Position numbers and translations under genes: made by a program
Notes under the pieces: model-generated
What the model saw: the letters and a program-made list of their open reading frames with translations, nothing else
Database searches by the model: none
Told to the model about the DNA's origin: nothing
Part shown: positions 24,298 through 24,484 of the stretch, one piece after another
Layout of the letters: each line of letters starts with the position of its first letter
Numbering within the stretch: position 1 is the stretch's first letter
Source: PVC group bacterium
GTDB lineage: Bacteria; Auribacterota; Erginobacteria; Erginobacterales; Erginobacteraceae
NCBI GenBank assembly: GCA_043804695.1
Contig: JAZDIV010000037.1
Span: 1-24,484 of the forward strand
Direction of reading: 5' to 3'
DNA length: 24,484 nt

Positions 24298-24324
24298 ACT
24301 CGGCGATTGACCATGACGTTATGT
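24267..24324 (+). mobile_element. Integron attC recombination site (58 bp)
   Basis: R'' ACATAAC, 5 nt, L'' GGTGCAGC ... L' ATTGACC, 5 nt, R' GTTATGT. R'' and R' are exactly complementary; GGT[G]CA/TGACC leaves one extrahelical base. Confidence 0.8.
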
Positions 24325-24381
24325 CATAAAGAACCTAATACCCCCACCGGGCTTGCCCTGCCCTTATCCCGGAAAAAAAGC

Positions 24382-24410
24382 TGGACAAAACTACATTTGC
24401 CATCTATATA
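24382..24410 (+). promoter_or_regulatory. Candidate sigma70 promoter (TGGACA-17 nt-TATATA)
   Basis: Near-consensus hexamers at 17-nt spacing, ending 6 nt before ATG 24417. Confidence 0.4.
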
Positions 24411-24416
24411 GGTGGC

Positions 24417-24484
24417 ATGAAAACACAAAATCAGATCAAAAGGAGTCTCGGCCGGCCCGATGTCATCGAGCATATCAAAAAAAT
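24417..24484 (+). CDS. 5' fragment of an ORF running off the window (MKTQNQIKRSLGRPDVIEHIKK...), possibly a transposase
   Basis: Open to the end of the window. QNQIKR.L loosely recalls the N-termini of some IS4-like transposases, but only 22 codons are visible. Confidence 0.35.
   Translation, partial: MKTQNQIKRSLGRPDVIEHIKK

Overview
GC-rich bacterial chromosomal window in which nearly all real genes lie on the + strand. Bases 200-18428 hold a housekeeping supercluster: rplM-rpsI, argC-J-B-D-G-H (no argF), lysA-dapF-dapA-dapB-orf-dapL (LL-DAP aminotransferase lysine route) and folK-panB-panC. Almost every intergenic gap contains small palindromic elements. These include inverted arms built from 6-, 7-, 8- or 9-mer tandem units, REP-like hairpins, c(GNA)g mini-hairpins, CCCGA..TCGGG palindromes and a recurrent 22-nt motif. 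Several are nested inside each other; the clearest case is a TIR/TSD-bounded MITE inserted in the loop of a GTAG-type REP doublet at 6641-6869. After panC come a 70-bp tandem repeat and an IS4-like transposase remnant. An accessory block follows: an exported ComEC/Rec2-like MBL hydrolase, two membrane or secreted single-HKD PLD (Nuc-like) proteins, a secreted modular protein whose GC content drops mid-gene, a low-GC TPR protein, and a membrane-protein gene ending in a 58-bp integron attC site. All calls come from reading the sequence; no searches were run.
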